Positions 1-13,391 of a stretch of DNA of 64,000 bases are shown here, piece after piece. A model generated the notes under the pieces. It saw only the letters and a program-made list of their open reading frames with translations. It was not told the origin of the DNA and ran no database searches. The stretch is from Octopus bimaculoides (Eukaryota), in the NCBI RefSeq assembly GCF_001194135.2, contig NC_068993.1:450468-514467 (forward strand). The letters run 5' to 3'. A program made the position numbers and the translations under genes. Position 1 is the first letter of the stretch. Each line of letters begins with the position of its first letter.

Positions 1-1354
1 ATATATATATATATATATATATATAACATCCATTGACGAGGAGTATCTTGTTTCATCTATTCCACTCACACACACGTCACTGAACTCTAAAACTGTGTAC
101 AATCTGTGTGAATCTTTCAAATTTAACACTTCGAATAAAACAAATTTATTTGTCAATAATATTTAGAATGTGGAGTGTAAACGAAAACACGGTTTTATTG
201 TTTGGTGCGAAAGAGGATGGAGAAAGGTGATGGTAAACAAAGCCAGCAACACTGAAGTAGAAGATTTTTATTGGAGACCAACGACAGTGTATCTGCTGGC
301 AGAAATAGCAGCCAAATCTCCTTTCGGTACTGAAATGGTTTCACAAAATACTTGTGGTATTTAGTTAGGCCCTTTAAGTTCTGATTTCGAACGGCACCGA
401 GTTAATTTCGCATGTCATGCTTCCGGGAATTGATGAAATGAAATCCTAGTCACATATCTATAATGTCTACAAAACGCGAATGAAATTGCAACAGAAGATT
501 TCATACCATATTTAAAAAGAATGGAAGTCTATATTGGATAATAATATATTCCTAGATATCCAAAGACAGACAGGGCAGTCATGAATGGAATAACAATATC
601 AGACATAGATACAGAACCAAAATGAAATGACGAGCCAGCAATAGCAGCCAATCGTCCCTCAAATCATAGGTTGGACGGTGTAGTCTCTGATATGTAAAAA
701 GGTGAGATGGTCACGGCTGGAGCGTCTTTGAACTTTGGTCTGTTCTATGTGGGTTGATTTGAGGCTAAACAGTATGGGAAATAAAACGGTAAAACAAATT
801 GTGGTAACGATCACTATTGATTGATAATCATTAATCGATATTTGGTGTTTACCAATCGAACCTAAACTCTTAATTACACAAAATATATTTTCAAAAGTAA
901 ACCATTTAAAAATAAAAAAAAGCTTTTTTTACGATTAACTGAAAAAAAATTAAACAAAACAGGTTAGGGGCTGTTTTAATTGCGAAAATATTGTTTAATG
1001 GATTATAAATAAATTAGTGTGGATCCTTGTTTTCATTTTGGTTTTTGAGTTTCTCTTGTTTTGATTCCGAGTTGTTTGGGTGGCGACCATTTATTGAATT
1101 TCTGGCACCAACAATTCTTTGACTCAGGAATCGGAATGATTCGATGAGAACCAAAATGATTAAACATTAGTTCCTGACATTTTTTATAAGAACAACGAAA
1201 CAAAAGAGGAATGTGGAAAAAAAAAACGTGAAAGATTATTGTCTTGAGAAGATTTGTTGGTAATTCGACCAAATATTTGTGATTTAGGGAAATAAAAATT
1301 ACTACGTGACAGTAATAATGTGTAGATGTATATACAATAGGTGGATATACACAC

Positions 1355-1388
<34 letters not shown>

Positions 1389-1620
1389 TGTGAATGTCGT
1401 GCAGTTTGTGTTGTCTGCGAATAGCAAGTATCAGGTTCACTCTAAGAGAGAGAGAAAAAAAAAGTCGGTGAAAAAGCTGCCACCATTTCCACAGAGCAGC
1501 AGCAAAAAACTATTATTACTACAGAAATCATTAACAATTGAATTCCTTCATCATTTAAATCTATTGGAGTTTTTTTTTTAACATCAATAATTTTTAATGA
1601 ATCGATTTTATAATTATTTG

Positions 1621-2145
1621 NNNNNNNNNNNNNNNNNNNNNNNNNNNNNNNNNNNNNNNNNNNNNNNNNNNNNNNNNNNNNNNNNNNNNNNNNNNNNNNN
1701 NNNNNNNNNNNNNNNNNNNNNNNNNNNNNNNNNNNNNNNNNNNNNNNNNNNNNNNNNNNNNNNNNNNNNNNNNNNNNNNNNNNNNNNNNNNNNNNNNNNN
1801 NNNNNNNNNNNNNNNNNNNNNNNNNNNNNNNNNNNNNNNNNNNNNNNNNNNNNNNNNNNNNNNNNNNNNNNNNNNNNNNNNNNNNNNNNNNNNNNNNNNN
1901 NNNNNNNNNNNNNNNNNNNNNNNNNNNNNNNNNNNNNNNNNNNNNNNNNNNNNNNNNNNNNNNNNNNNNNNNNNNNNNNNNNNNNNNNNNNNNNNNNNNN
2001 NNNNNNNNNNNNNNNNNNNNNNNNNNNNNNNNNNNNNNNNNNNNNNNNNNNNNNNNNNNNNNNNNNNNNNNNNNNNNNNNNNNNNNNNNNNNNNNNNNNN
2101 NNNNNNNNNNNNNNNNNNNNNNNNNNNNNNNNNNNNNNNNNNNNN
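1621..2145. other. Assembly gap (N). Other gaps are at 25661-25728, 37001-37781, 52211-52433 and 63153-63436.
   Basis: Runs of N, mostly bordered by (TA)n or (AG)n. Confidence 1.
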
Positions 2146-2189
<44 letters not shown>

Positions 2190-2974
2190 TGTGTGCGTAT
2201 TTTTTTTTATGTGTGTGTGTATTATATATACATATGTAGTATATAATGCATGTATATATAATGTATAGATGTATTTATATGCGTATATATGTAAGGGAGC
2301 TGCATGTTTCAGAGGTCTTTTTAGATGTTATTTTAGATTGATAATTAAGGGAGTAAAGACAATCTTAGATGTCCCCATGAAATACCACAATACTGATATC
2401 TGCTCAATAAAACCAAAATGAACCAATTCTAATTAACTAATTACTTCAACGATTACATTTTCGAACACATTTCTTCTTGGTTCGTTTTTGTATCTGGTTT
2501 GCAAGATTTCTTGTTGGGTCTGTCAACTCCATTGTTACATTGTTTCTAAAATACCACGACTCTAGTTTCATTATATAAAAGACAATCCCTACAGGTAGAA
2601 CTGAGATGTTCCGGGGTCGGGTTGGCTGATTGCATGAAATTAACGAAGGTATTAGGTTAAATCTAAAGGATATTTTAGCAGGTTTAATTGGAGAGATCGA
2701 ATTCTGATGGAAAGGTGAAGGCCAAATAACAGCTGTAAGTGTAAGTGCTTAGGTTTGGAGAAGAAATTTGGGATTAAAATTCACCAGAATTTGATTAATT
2801 TAATGTCCAGTTAACAGCGACATTTACAGGTGAAAGCAGTTAAAAGGAACCAATCTGAGGAGCAAAGTCTGATTGATATCTGACACAATCCATCTTTTAC
2901 GTTGGTTTATATTTGTATACACCCTGGCGAATCTTGTCAAACACACAAACAAGACTGTATGTATGTGCGTGTGC

Positions 2975-3086
<112 letters not shown>

Positions 3087-4479
3087 ATGTATGTATATGT
3101 GTGTGTATGGTATGTATGGTTTGACTTTACAAAGGATAGTGGGAGGAAGGACTCAATACTCATTGTGGAGTTGTAATTTCTCGTTGGAAAGTGAGGTTTG
3201 TAATACAAAGTATCAGGTTGGCATATAACACGAAACTTCGAATAATGACGGTAGAAACTGTGAATAATATTTAGCAAACATTGAAGGAAGAGAGAAAGGA
3301 ATGATATGGAAGATTAATAATAAGAAAATATGGTATCAACGCAGAAAAATAAATATATATATATGTCAGTCGAGGAATAAACCATTAATTTAATGTCAGG
3401 GATAATCAACAGCTCGTGATTCTATGTCTACTGGAAGTTCCATCTAGAATAAGAGAATTAAGAGAAAGTTGGAGAGAAAAGAAAAATGTCAGGAACCAAA
3501 AATATATATATACTAAGTTGTTTAGCCCCAGGTCAGTTTCGATCGAGCAGACCTATGATCAAAAACATTCCAGTTATGACCACCCCGTCCTTCTTCCTGG
3601 CAACCTTGGACCACATTAGACTCAACGCGTCCTTTTCTATGAGGGTCGGTTGAGATTTGAGGGACATTTGACTGCTATGTCTAGCGGATCAAATTACCAC
3701 GTAGTGGTCCCTGCTCCTTAATAAGGGATTGAAGTTGTTTTCTACTAAGGTTTGGCGGGGTGGGGCAGCTCTGTTTTTCTTTTACTGAATGGTGAAACGA
3801 AAATCTAGGTTCTTCCATTAGAGACCATCATTCTGTCAACAACTTCTCTACTTTTGTCACCCCTACATCATCATCATCATCATCAACAACAGCAACAAGA
3901 ATAACCATGATGATGATGATGATGATGATGATGATATATTTAATAATAATAACAAGAATCGTCAATAAAAGGCGTTAATAAGATTTTGTGAATTTTACAA
4001 TAAAAGATTTGAAACCAACCTGTAATCAACAGTGAAAAGGACGGTTTTAATTAATGAATTCGGTGAGATTTAATAATTCACAACCAACAGCTGGCAATTA
4101 AGAAGAATTAATCAAATCCAACTCGAATGCTGAGAGTAATAAAGACATGAGCGAAGTTACATAACATCTCCGGCAAGCAAATGGTTAAACTCCGTCTTGA
4201 CAAGACTTGAATAAGGTCTGTGTCTGTGCGTGTCTGATAAATGGCGTGTATATGTATACAGGAACGTACATAGACATGTATATATAATTAAGATAACAGC
4301 AACAACAGTAGTAGTAATAATAATAATAATAATAATAATAGTAATCTACTGCTTCAGTGGTGAATTGTTTGTTATTGGGTAGTGGGAAGTCGTTGATCTA
4401 GATTTGAGTGGAAGAAACAGCTGATGGTTGACCCAGATACCACACTCAACTGCAAATAACCAACGAAACACTGCTTCTC

Positions 4480-4815
4480 ATATACACTCGGGCACTACAT
4501 ATATACACTCACTACTTTTATTATATACCCTCACTGCTCTTTATATGCACTCACTGCATTTCATATAAACACTCTACTTTTTATATATACTCACTTCTTT
4601 TTATATACACTCGCTACTTTTTTATATACACTTACTGCTTTACATACATTTTATATATACTTACGATTTTTCGTATATGGTCACATCTTTTCATATACAC
4701 ACACTACTTTTCGTATATGCTCACTCCTTTTTATATACACTCACTACTTTTCATATACACTCAATACTTTTTATATACACTCGTGCATCTCATATACACT
4801 CACTTCAATTCGTAT
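4480..4815. repeat. Degenerate minisatellite (atatacactcactactttt-like, about 20-bp unit)
   Basis: Many imperfect tandem copies. Confidence 0.8.
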
Positions 4816-5232
4816 TTCTCATATTTTTATTATCTTTTCATTGTTCCTTATTTTCTTTCTTTTTTTATTCTTCTTTCTAAATCTTTGTAACCTTAAGTTT
4901 CTTAAAAAGAAAGATCAAGAATATTTGGATATACATACACACATACATAAGTAACACATACATATACATACACATCAATTTATACATACATGCATACATA
5001 TATACATATGTACGCACATGCATGCATGCATATGTACGTATACATACATATACAAGCAAACATTCAGGCATACACACACACACACACACACACACACGTG
5101 TGTGTGTAGTATAAAGTTTATGGGGTGAGTGAGAGGAAGAGAGGGGTAGCAATTTAAGAACTCAGCAAATAAGAAAATATTTGGTAAGTTCTTGTCTTTA
5201 GGCATCGCAGCAGCAGTAAAGAATTACATCTA

Positions 5233-5345
5233 GCTAGAAAATGCATCAACAATGTGTGCGTGTGTGTGTGTGCGCGTGTGTGTGTGCGCGTGCGCGCGCG
5301 CGCGTGTGTGTATATATACATGTATATGTTTGTATGCATGTAAGT
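5233..5345. repeat. Alternating purine-pyrimidine tract (TG/CG/TA) with a (CG)n core, Z-DNA prone
   Basis: tgtgtgcgtgtg...gcgcgcgcgcgcgtgtgtgtatata. Confidence 0.7.
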
Positions 5346-5504
5346 TTCTTCTAGCAACAGTTGTTTTAATGTCTTATATACTTCAATGGTGACATATTTT
5401 TTTCATTGTGCGAAAATAATGGCCAGATTGGATGCAAGTGTAAAGCATGGCTGAGGTCCATATCGTTAGGTTGAGCAGAATGGTAATGTAGAAATGGGGA
5501 TAGA

Positions 5505-5627
5505 TCGATAGATAGATAGATAAATAGATAGAAAGGTAGACAGATAGATAGATAGACAGATAGATAGATAGATAGATAGATAGACAGATAGATAGATAGA
5601 CAGATAGACAGATAGATAGATAGACAG
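5505..5627. repeat. (GATA/GACA)n microsatellite
   Basis: Direct inspection. Confidence 0.95.
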
Positions 5628-6036
5628 AAAGCGAGAGTAAAGGTAAAAGGTGAGAGAAAGAGCGAGGTTATGATGATTCCACAAACTATCCATTTAGCAC
5701 GGATTCTTCAAAAGTCTCAGTTGACTCCTTTTTCTTCCTTGTTTTTACTTCCTTCTACGTCTCCACCTCATCTCCTCCTCTGCTAGGTGTAGGGCAATAA
5801 CCTCACACAAAACATTCACCACAAATATACCAGGAGGAGGAGGTAAGAGGTGTGTATCCAGGTTAAAATAATGAATAACAAGGTTTTTTTTAAAGTTTAA
5901 TGTATGTTTGGTATGAATGATTACAAATAAACAAATTCATAATAAAAGTTTGTCAGGTTCTGCCCAGTGGAAAACACCTTTATAAGTCATTGCAGTTTTG
6001 TTTATCACACACACACACACTCATTCTCACTTACTC

Positions 6037-6067
<31 letters not shown>

Positions 6068-6959
6068 GTATATATATATATATATATATTTGTATATAAC
6101 CACATTGCCTATATGCTGGGTCCTAACACTTAGAAAAGGAATCACCATCGTAAAGTCATCTAGTCTGCCCCACCCTTCTCACTCAGTGTCAAGATCTGCC
6201 TATTCCTTAGACGAGCAGGCACAATCAGACAGATGCAGTTTCCATAGATACAACTTAAGGGTCTCTTTCAGCTGTGTGCCTAGTGTTAAAAAGATATTAG
6301 TGAACACCCCTAAACCTGCCACAGAGGCAGGGTGCTCATGCAAGGTTAGCAATGAGTGCCAAGTGGGGGCGGAGGGGGTCGATGCAACTCTGAGGCCATG
6401 GTACACAAGGCTGAGGTGGTGCCCAGCAACAACAACAATTGCAGCAACAGCAGCATGTCTGGTAGTATTGGTAACAACAGCAGCAATAGTGATAGCTGCA
6501 CCAGCCATGTGCCCAGCAGTAACCATGGCATCTGCAATACCACCAGTAACAAGGACGCAGACATGGAAATATGTTGGTGCTACAGAAGATCCCTCTTAAT
6601 AATTACAGGTCCTCTTTTCGGATCCTAGAGAAGCACAACATCACATCCTTGACCAGCTATGTATGAGGAAGGTATGCCATGGATAATTAATTAGAAGCTC
6701 CTAGAACAACCTGGATGTACCTTAACAGGAACAAATGATGTAAATTTTGTTTGGGCAGGAAGACAAAAATCCTGAAGAACTTGCTTAACCTGGAGACCTT
6801 CTTAAACTAGAAAAAAATAATTTTTAGTTGGTGCCCTTATCATAGGGAAAAAAATCCCTTACTTGGAAACAAGGTAACAGTTGGTGACAAGAAGAGCATC
6901 TGCCCTTTAAAGTCCTGCCTCTAATACCTCTTCTTCTAACTCTTACTAGAAAATGACTG

Positions 6960-8360
6960 ATCCAGACTTTCTATGTTTGCCATATCTTTTCTAAGTCTTG
7001 TTTTTCGCCTGAAGTCACTGACCATTAAACTGTGTTATGAGGTTCATTTCTTGTCAGGAGTCAAATGGAAAAGAGGAAGATCAGTTCTTGGTAAATTGAG
7101 TCTCTTAACCAGATTTAGTTCCAAAATTAAGTGAATGTACTTAAGATAGACATGAAAGACACAGCTGCTTTCCTCTTGAAGTTAACAGAGCTGAACCCAC
7201 CCATTGATGGATACCCCTAATCAATCTGTCATCACTGTCACATAGGTGTGGTGTTATCCATTTTATAGTCTTTTTTTAAAGTATTGCTTCCTGATATAGG
7301 CACAAATTTGTGGGGTCAGTGGAGGGATCAGTTCTACTGCTGCTTTATTTTTTCAGTCCCAGAAAAAAGAAAAGTAAATTAATTTCAGCAGGGTTTGAAC
7401 TCAGAATGTAAACAGTTCAAATTTTGTTGGGCTCAACTCTACCTTTTATCGTTCTGAAACTCATATTTTATTAAAAGATGAGAAATAATCTTTAATCAAA
7501 TTATTTTATAGAATATACCATCAGACATCAAGTGTGATACTTTATATCTTCATAAAAATTCTACTTCTTCAGATTTCAACTTGTTCTGTTCTTCTAATTT
7601 TTCACAGCTGCAGAACCTGTTCAGATTTCTAATGAATCCCAGTTAATAATAATAAGTCCTGTATATTTTTGGCCCTTTAGAATCGCTCTAAATTTGATAA
7701 AATTGTTTTATTAAAATATCTCTTTATGTTACCATTGAAATAATTCAGTATTTTTTTTAAAGTTGTGGTTCCTGTAATTAAATAGGATTGGTAGGCCACA
7801 TCAGTTGCCTATTTATATATCCTGTGCTTAGGAACACCTTTGTCATGTAAACTGTTAAGGATTTAAAAACTTTTTTTTTATGTCTCAGATTTCCTCTCTT
7901 TCTTGATAATATCCTCTTAACCACTCCTCAATTCAGATGGGTTTATCAGCAGCACAGCACTACCAAAGTAAACAGGTGTCTTACCTGATTTAGTCTTAAT
8001 CTTCTCATATCCAAATGTTCTGAGTGGATTATTGTATATCTAGTCACCAAGTGCAAACAGTTCAATATGACTGATCTCAATAATATTCAAGCTTTTGATA
8101 TTGAAGAGCTCAGTGCCATACCTCTAAGGAATATTCTAGTCACTGAAAATATGTCATGAATGAAATCCTAGTTGTTTTGGGTAACTTTCCTTTCCTTATG
8201 ACAATAATATTGGCTCATCCTATAAATAATGTGGGTTTTTTTATACTTCTTTTATTTTTAAAAATTAAGATGAATAAAGTTATTTTTTAATGTAAAATAC
8301 ACTCTCCTTCGTTATCGTTTGGTTTGGATTTAAAAGCTCAAATTGGACTAGACCTTTCAT
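6960..8360 (+). mobile_element. Highly decayed Penelope-like element ORF remnant (tentative)
   Basis: Scattered motifs in the expected order: MKDTAAFLLKL (7152), IGRPHQLPIYISCA (7787-7828), LIFSYPN (about 7996) and W..KLKAQIGLD-like (about 8325-8352). Many stops and frameshifts. Confidence 0.35.
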
Positions 8361-9786
8361 ACCTCACCAAACAGATAACAACACCTTACATGGGTGAGGA
8401 CCTTCTTTAGACTGGGGTGCCAGTGTTTCTCCTTTCCCTACCCATTGTCTTCAGCGCTGTTACTTGCTCTTTTGTTTACCTGTCCCTTCTCGCTCGCCCT
8501 TCCCTCCCACCATGCCACTCATGTTATAAGTCTAATCAACCCCTTTACCAGCAAACAACAGGCAGCTGCCATCACTGTCTCTCTTCAGTTACTTCCTTCT
8601 TCACTATCATCTCATCCCTCTCACTCTGTTTCTCGCACCATACTCTTTCTTCTTTCACCCTCTCACCCTTGGCTTTCCTTCGGTCATCAACCTCTCTTCT
8701 TTTTACATTCTTTGTTATGTTGTGTTGATCAGAGACAGTATGGAGAAGTGATGTCTGTTTAGTCTTCCAGAAGACAAAGAAACCTCACTAGTGCTGGTGC
8801 CATGAGGAAACATATCCAGAAAATTCCAATAAGGCAGTCGGTGAATAAAGTGAGACAAAGAAAGTTTGAAAGGACTCTTTAGTCTTTTAGACTCAATGAG
8901 ACCATTTCTAGTGCTGATGCCATGAGAAAATGCACTCAATACACCCTGCGAAGAGATAGGCGTTTGGAAGGATACAAGAAAGACATAATCCTGGATGTGT
9001 CAGTGTAGGAAGGAGCAGAAAAGATTTGAGTTGGTTTTGTGACACATCAAACTCATGATAGCATGGAAATTGAACATAAAAATGATGATGATGGTGATAA
9101 TGACAATGACAATGATGGTGATGATGATGATGATGCCACCACTGTTCAATGAGGATGATGATGATAATAACAGCAACAACAACATTTCACAAAAACACTT
9201 GTTAAAAATGCAAATACTCTGCACCGAACAGTCAAGAATAACATTGCTGAGTCATGGAACGAATGTCATGAGTCTTGTACTGGTGGAATAATTCTTAGTT
9301 AGACAAAACACCGAAACTAACAGATTCTCATAGAAAATAATTGACACTTGACACTAAGGGGTGACCCCATAACTTGACTGTTAACAAATACTTGTGGCCA
9401 AGCATCAGTCTGGAGGAAACAGAATGAGTGGCGTCATTCTTTCTGGTTGTCTTCTTAAACTAAACAATTACTAGAATCTGTGAAATATTTTCTGACACAA
9501 AATAAAGACTGGAAGCTTTTGAAAACCAATGAAGGTAGAAATAGATTTTGACTGTCATCATGCCAAATGAACTTGTCTAATTAATAGGGAAATGAAAATG
9601 AAAAAAAAAAATCAATGATGTATATAAGATAATAACAAAACTATGCTAAAGTTTTGTCTCATATACACTCACTCACATGCGGTTACCACCTCCCCACAAA
9701 CACTCATATGGACTTAATACATGTCCATATGTACATACGAATGAATGTATTTATGCATGTATGTATTTATACATGCATATGTTTAC

Positions 9787-9843
<57 letters not shown>

Positions 9844-10606
9844 TATATATATATATATATAGGAGAGTATTGTAGTTTGCTTGAAGCATTTTGTATTGTT
9901 CAATAGTGCATTGTTGTACCATTCTAAACTTTTTATTCTTTATATATATATATCTGTAAATATATTTGGCTGATGTATCTGAGAAAGAGAAGGCAAAAGA
10001 GGGAGAAAGTAGAGGACAACTGTGTCTACAAGACAACCTGCTGTGAATCACAGAACGAATGTGGAGTGAGAGCAAGGTTGCAGGTTGGTGAATAGTCGTG
10101 GAGTATAAAATCACGAAGACTAAGAGACAGACCTGGCAGAAGAGAGAGAGAAGAAGAAGGCAAATATTGGGAGGTAACCAAGCAGTAGTGGTTATACATG
10201 TGTATATACAATAATGTATATGTGTATCTAGACAATAATATATTTTCATGTGTATTGAGAGATATGTAATGTTTCTGTTTACTCTCGTGAATCTCAATAG
10301 TTCAGAGGTTTTAGTTACTGTGCAGTGACACAGATCTGATAAGCTTTACCTAAACCTGGTTTTGCTGAATGTTATCGACAGCTCCACTTATTGTAACAAT
10401 ACACTGAAATAGAAGATTACAAAGAAGTGTCTGGACAGCCAATGCACTTTCTAGAAATAGCGGCCAATCTTCCTCAGTCCATACCATAATGTCTTAAAAA
10501 ATGGATAAAAATGACTGAAAATAAGGTGGAATGGTCATGCTGGGATGCCCTTGGTCACAGATGTGCTTAATCAGGTATGACTTGGGCTTAAACAACAGCA
10601 ATATGA

Positions 10607-10921
10607 ATATTATTTACATTTGTCGGATATTTGTCCTCATCATGATTGTTGCTAAGACAACGTTTCGGCTGATATACTCTCCAGCCTTCATCAGGTGTTT
10701 TGGGGAAATTTCACATCTGGCTTCTCATTCCTAAGGTATTTTTTGATGTTGTTGTTATTATTATTATTATTCAGATCACTGCTTGGAATCAAACTCGGGT
10801 TAGTAGCCTGCGCTCTTAACCACTACACTACACCATATGCCCGTGGGCAAACAAGATGAGGACAAATATCCGTCAAATGTAAATAATGTACATAATTCCT
10901 CATCTCTTAAACATAGAACTG
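10607..10921 (-). mobile_element. Composite SINE-like insertion: inverted tail copy, tRNA-like head, (AAT)n, hammerhead ribozyme and tail, with a 13-bp TSD
   Basis: AACAGCAATATGA at 10594-10606 and 10922-10934. A-box-like TAGTGTAGTGG (about 10820-10830) and B-box-like GAGTTTGATTCC (about 10785-10796). 33-bp inverted repeat 10609-10641 / 10855-10887 (32/33 identity). Confidence 0.8.
10654..10699 (-). ncRNA. Minimal type I hammerhead ribozyme (Penelope/retrozyme type)
   Basis: The minus strand reads AACAC-CUGAUGA-A-GGCUG-(GAGAGUAUAU)-CAGCC-GAAA-CGUU-GUCUU. The core is intact, stem II is 5 bp, palindromic ACGU replaces helix III, and stem I AACAC/GUCUU has one mismatch. Confidence 0.75.
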
Positions 10922-11271
10922 AACAGCAATATGAGTCAACCAGAGAGAACCTACAAAATCATTTCACCTACAACAAATATGAGCCAAGCCTCCTCCTTTA
11001 TATTGTTTCTTATCGTTCTTTCATTCTTTTCAACTAAAGGTAGTGCTCCAGCATGGCCACAGTTAAATAATTGAAACAAGTAAAAGAATAAAAAACTATG
11101 CCATTTTAATACTGAGCAATGCCAGGTGTCTCTGCTTGTCTCAAATAAAAGCCATGTCAAACAGGATGTATATATATGTAATATATATGTATATGTATAT
11201 ATGTAATACATGCATATATTAATTTATATCTGCATAAAGAAGTGCTGAGCCCTAATAGTGAAGGGTATTTG

Positions 11272-11670
11272 TGGAAGGGGTGGACCCAAGAAGACTTGGG
11301 ACAAAGTGGTGAGGAAAGATCTTTGGATGCTGGGCCTCACTGAAGAAATGACAAGGGACCAGGAGATGTGATGGTTTGCTGAACTTGAGAAGACGCATCA
11401 AACTAAGTAAAATCGCTGTCTTCTTTCAGGCTTGTCCTCTCAGGCGTCGGTGCCACTTAAAATGCACCTGTGGCTGGTGGCATGTAAAGAGCACCCAGCA
11501 CATCCTGTCAAGAGGTTGGCATTAGGAAGGGCATCCAACCATAGAAGCCATGCCACAACAGACAGTTGGAGTCCAGACAGCTCCCTGCAAACCAGCTCCA
11601 TGCCATACCGTCCAACCCATGTCAGCAAGGAGAGTGGACATTAAGTGATGCTGATGATGATGATGATGAT
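11272..11670 (+). mobile_element. 3' end of an RTE-clade LINE (ORF end, 3' UTR and (GAT)n tail)
   Basis: EGICGRGGPKKTWDKVVRKDL.MLGL.EEMTRD matches the RTE C-terminal GRPRKTW motif. The following UTR is shared with other copies in the window. Confidence 0.75.
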
Positions 11671-12101
11671 GAGAGACCCTCTCAAATCTCAAAACTGTTA
11701 AGTCAATCAAGCAATATCAATCTACAGAATTACCATAAACCACCAACCCCCAAAATATGTTCAGCCTTCCATGCATAAAGGACAACTCAGAATAAGGAGA
11801 CCTCGAGAGGCAAAAGATTCAACAAGCATATCAAACATACATCCCTATCATCAGCTGCCTGATGGATATCACTATGGTTTTGACAGCTAGGCAGCATCAT
11901 TCAATCCAGCAGTGTCAACAGAGTTAAAAACATAAACATTGTCTGGGAATCAATAGACAAGTGGAAGGAGTGAAATATAATCTGTCCATTATGCCAACAC
12001 CTTATTATTACAAATTCCAACATTGAATATAAACAAAATAGTGCTAACTTATAGCTACAAAACTAGAAATTAAATTAAAATTATTCTTTAACAAGAGAGG
12101 C

Positions 12102-12135
<34 letters not shown>

Positions 12136-13391
12136 ACATGAAGGGTGGAGTGTCAACAGAACAGACTCTCCTAAAGATACCCAAGCACCAGTTGGTGGTG
12201 TAAACCTGCCATTCAGTTGATGTTATCATTTGATATCTTTATGTAATTTTACAAAGATTGGAAGAATAATTCTATTTGTTTGCAAAAGAGCCCGAAGAAA
12301 GTAAAAGACATCCTTGAAACCACCAGAAACAAATGAAGATTTCTGTGAGGCCCTTAGAGTCTAGTAAATCACAAAACATTAGATCTAACTTTTCTTTACA
12401 GTTTGATGTGAAGTTAAGTCTCTCCAAAGAGAATACAAAGAGATGCCATTTTGTAACAAATACACCCCCAGAGTAGAGATTTGGAGAAATCATGATCTGA
12501 ATTTTGGGCATCAAATTATGTGCAACAAGTGTCATGATTCAGAGATAATTGGAAGTTAGATAAGCCTGCAGCTATTGTAATTTTCAAGGTTATTTTCAGA
12601 TCAGACCAGTAAAAGTATGAAACTGTTTAACTTGTGAGTGTATTCTGTGACTGTTTAGAAGATCTTGTATTCCATTACATGGCTTCGTATATTTCAAAAA
12701 CGTTAAACATCCATAAATTATTTGAAGTGATTTAACCATGACTGGCAAAATTTAGTTCAACTGTGATCAGATTAGGGGTAAAACACCATAGCATTAGAGG
12801 CACAACCAACTACTCTCATGTTGGTAGTGGTTCCATCATAAGACAGGTTGATGTTAGTGAAACTATGGAATCCTAAGTTAAGACATGTTGTTAGTGATTG
12901 GTTTAAATTAATATATAATAGAATCAATACGTGAAGTCTTCCAAAGTGGTCCATTCATAGTTGAAATGAAACTATTCAGGCAAATAAATAAATAAAATAA
13001 ACCTTACAATGCTTGGAGAAACTCATCTCTCCACCAAAATTACTGAATGTCATTTACTTAGCAACCAACATAACATCTGTAAGACCACTTTTACTCTGGG
13101 CATTGTACAGCTTCCAAGCTATTCTGTCTTTCAAACTTGTGGTCCCTAACCCCAAAATTTCCATCAAATTTGCAGCATCCTTTTTCCTTCCATTTCACAT
13201 CAAGGATGGTTCTGATAGTAGCAGCCTGATGAAAAAAAGACAACAACCTTCATCTTAGCTGCTAGCTCCACTCTTTCCATTGCCTGCCCCCATATCTTAT
13301 TCCTTTCACCCTTTCAGCATTGTCTTCTATAATCACATGCCAAGTAGAAAATTACCCACAAGGCCACTGGACTTCACAATGTTCTTTCAAA

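Noticed and set aside
2440-2640. TATA-like motif with a CpG patch and a short minus-strand ORF (MELTDPTRNL...)
   Set aside because: The TATA motif reads on both strands, the ORF stops after 28 codons, and there is no homology or partner exon.
3866-3935. (CAT)n ... (GAT)n fold-back
   Set aside because: Two simple-repeat tracts in opposite orientation are expected by chance in this repeat-rich DNA.
5967-6628. 210-aa ORF and overlapping Asn/Ser-rich ORFs
   Set aside because: They start in microsatellite, are low complexity (CAA/CAG-rich), and show no recognisable domain or splice context.
10771-10848. tRNA-like sequences here and in the other SINE heads
   Set aside because: They have A/B boxes but no complete cloverleaf, so they are SINE heads rather than tRNA genes.
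11848-11854. CUGAUGA on the minus strand, a possible second hammerhead
   Set aside because: There is no stem II or downstream GAAA.
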